Below are positions 62,297 to 64,000 of a stretch of 64,000 nt of DNA, piece after piece. The stretch covers positions 78,306,001 through 78,370,000 of the forward strand of contig CM060731.1 of the NCBI GenBank assembly GCA_030704615.1. Direction: 5' to 3'. Position 1 is the stretch's first letter; each line of letters opens with the position of its first letter. Source of the stretch: Takakia lepidozioides (Eukaryota; Plantae; Bryophyta). The notes beneath the pieces were generated by a model, which saw only the letters and a program-made list of their open reading frames with translations, did no database searches and was not told where the DNA came from. A program made the position numbers and the translations under genes.

Positions 62297-64000
62297 AAGG
62301 TGTTCAGGGACAATGTCACGGTGAAGTATTTTGCCACGCAGCCTAAGTTGTCCCCAAAACAACTTAGGTGGCAAGATACTTTGGCGGTGTTCGACGTGGA
62401 TATCCAGTACAAACCGGGACGGGACAACGTGGTGGCTGATGCTTTAAATAGAAAGCAACAGCTCTTGTTGGTGTACAGGGGCGAGATGGCGCTCCAAAGA
62501 AGGATCCGGAAGGCTGCCGAAAGGATGAGCTGGCGAAGTCAGTGATGCAGGACTTGAGGATGGGGTAAATCGCAGTTCCACTTGCAAAATGGACTGCTCC
62601 GGTATAAGCAAAAGCGTCTCTACGTGCCGAAGGGAGGGATCAGAGATAGCCTCTTGAGAGAATGCCATGATAGCCCGATTGCGGGCCACGGCGGAGCCAA
62701 GCGCACTGCGGCACTCTTGAAGAAAGAGTATTTCTGGCCCAAACTGAGGGAGGAGGCAGAGGAGTATGTCAAGACATGCACCACATGCCAACAAAACTGG
62801 AGCAAGTACAAAAAGCAAGCGGGGCTGTTACAACCCTTGCCGATTCCAGAGGGGACTTGGGAAAGCGTCTCGAAGGATTTCATGACTGCTATGCCGCTGT
62901 CAAAAGGATTCGATGCAATCATGGTGGTGGTGGATAGGTTCAGTAAAATGGGCCATTTCATCCCCACCAAGGAGACGGTAACGGCGCAGGAAACAGGGCG
63001 ACTTTACTTCACCCACGTCTTAAAGCATCATGGAGTCCCGAAGGATATTGTTTCGGACCGCGATCCAAAGTTTACGAGTAAATTTTGGAGGGCACTTTGG
63101 AAGAAGATGGGGACGAGGCTGAAGATGAGCACCGCCTTCCGACCTACGACCGACGGCCAAACGGAAAGAGTGAATTCCATAGTGAAGCAGATCTTGCGGG
63201 ATTATGTGTCGGCAGACCAAACAAACTGGGTGGAACACTTAGATGCGGCAGAGTTCTGTTATAATAACACAGAACACTCCGCAACGGGAGTTTCCCCTTT
63301 CGTATTGGTCTATGGAAAAGCACCTCTGGTGCCGACAAGTTGGGCCGCTTAGGACGTTGAGGAACCGGCAGTAGCGGCGGTACTGGAAGAACGCGAGCGT
63401 TTGTTGAAGCTTGCAAAGTACAACATTGCCAAAGCTAGGAAACGGTATGAAAGGCAGGCGAATCGGAAGCGGAGGGAAGTGAAGTTTGAGGCAGACACGG
63501 AGGTCTGGTTGAACATCAAGAATTTCCGACTACCTCCGAAAATGAATCCAAAGTTTGTACCTCCATATGCGGGACCCTTTCGCATCCGGAAGGTTATGAA
63601 TGAGGATGTGTATGAATTGGAGCTGCCGGCAAACAGCAAGGTGCATCCAGTATTCCACGTCTCCCTTTTGAAGCCTTACTTCAAAGATGAAGCGCGTCCG
63701 AATCGGCATCAAGTGTTGCGTCCGCCACCTGTGCTGTTGGATCATGAAAATGAACCTGAGTATGAGGTGGAGGCAGTACTTAAGTCGAGGAGGTTCAAGA
63801 ACCGAGAAATGGAGTATCTCGTCAAATGGAAGGGCTATCATCATGTGGAGGCATCTTGGGTGCGTGCCTCAGAAATGAGAAACGCTTCCGAGGCGGTTGT
63901 AGTTTTCGAAGGGCGACCTCAAAAGCGGAAGAAGCGTTGATGGGGACATCAACCTTGGAGCGTGGGGGAGGAAATGCATGCTTAGTCCGGCTTAGCTAGC
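62297..64000 (+). mobile_element. Second copy of the chromovirus (end of RNase H, integrase, intact chromodomain, PPT, LTR start at 63975)
   Basis: Highly similar to 3462-5170. EYEVEAVL...YLVKWKGY...SW is open through to the stop at 63940. Confidence 0.95.

Overview
Eukaryotic land-plant nuclear DNA; the PLS-type PPR motifs, GT-AG introns and repeat types are compatible with a bryophyte or other seed-free plant, which is inference. The window is a patchwork of truncated, nested transposable elements around a small gene island at about 30-39 kb. The island holds a glycine-rich protein gene, a C3HC4 RING protein and a five-exon ribosomal protein L37a (eL43) gene with telo-box and site II promoter motifs. 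Retroelements include two copies of a chromodomain Ty3/gypsy element, further gypsy and copia remnants, RTE and L1-like LINEs and a tRNA-derived SINE. DNA elements include CACTA, hAT, Mutator-like (MULE) and Helitron types. Four things stand out. (1) A 7.3-kb MULE pairs a GCM-like/DDE/SWIM transposase with a divergently oriented, spliced second gene whose C-terminus resembles the SAM-binding half of a beta-class N4-cytosine/N6-adenine DNA methyltransferase. (2) A decayed multi-copy gene family joins OSB-type PDF ssDNA-binding motifs in frame to a PLS-class PPR array. (3) A TTAA-flanked piggyBac-like element is present. (4) A P-element-like DDE transposase is present. All family assignments come from motif recognition by eye; no search was run.
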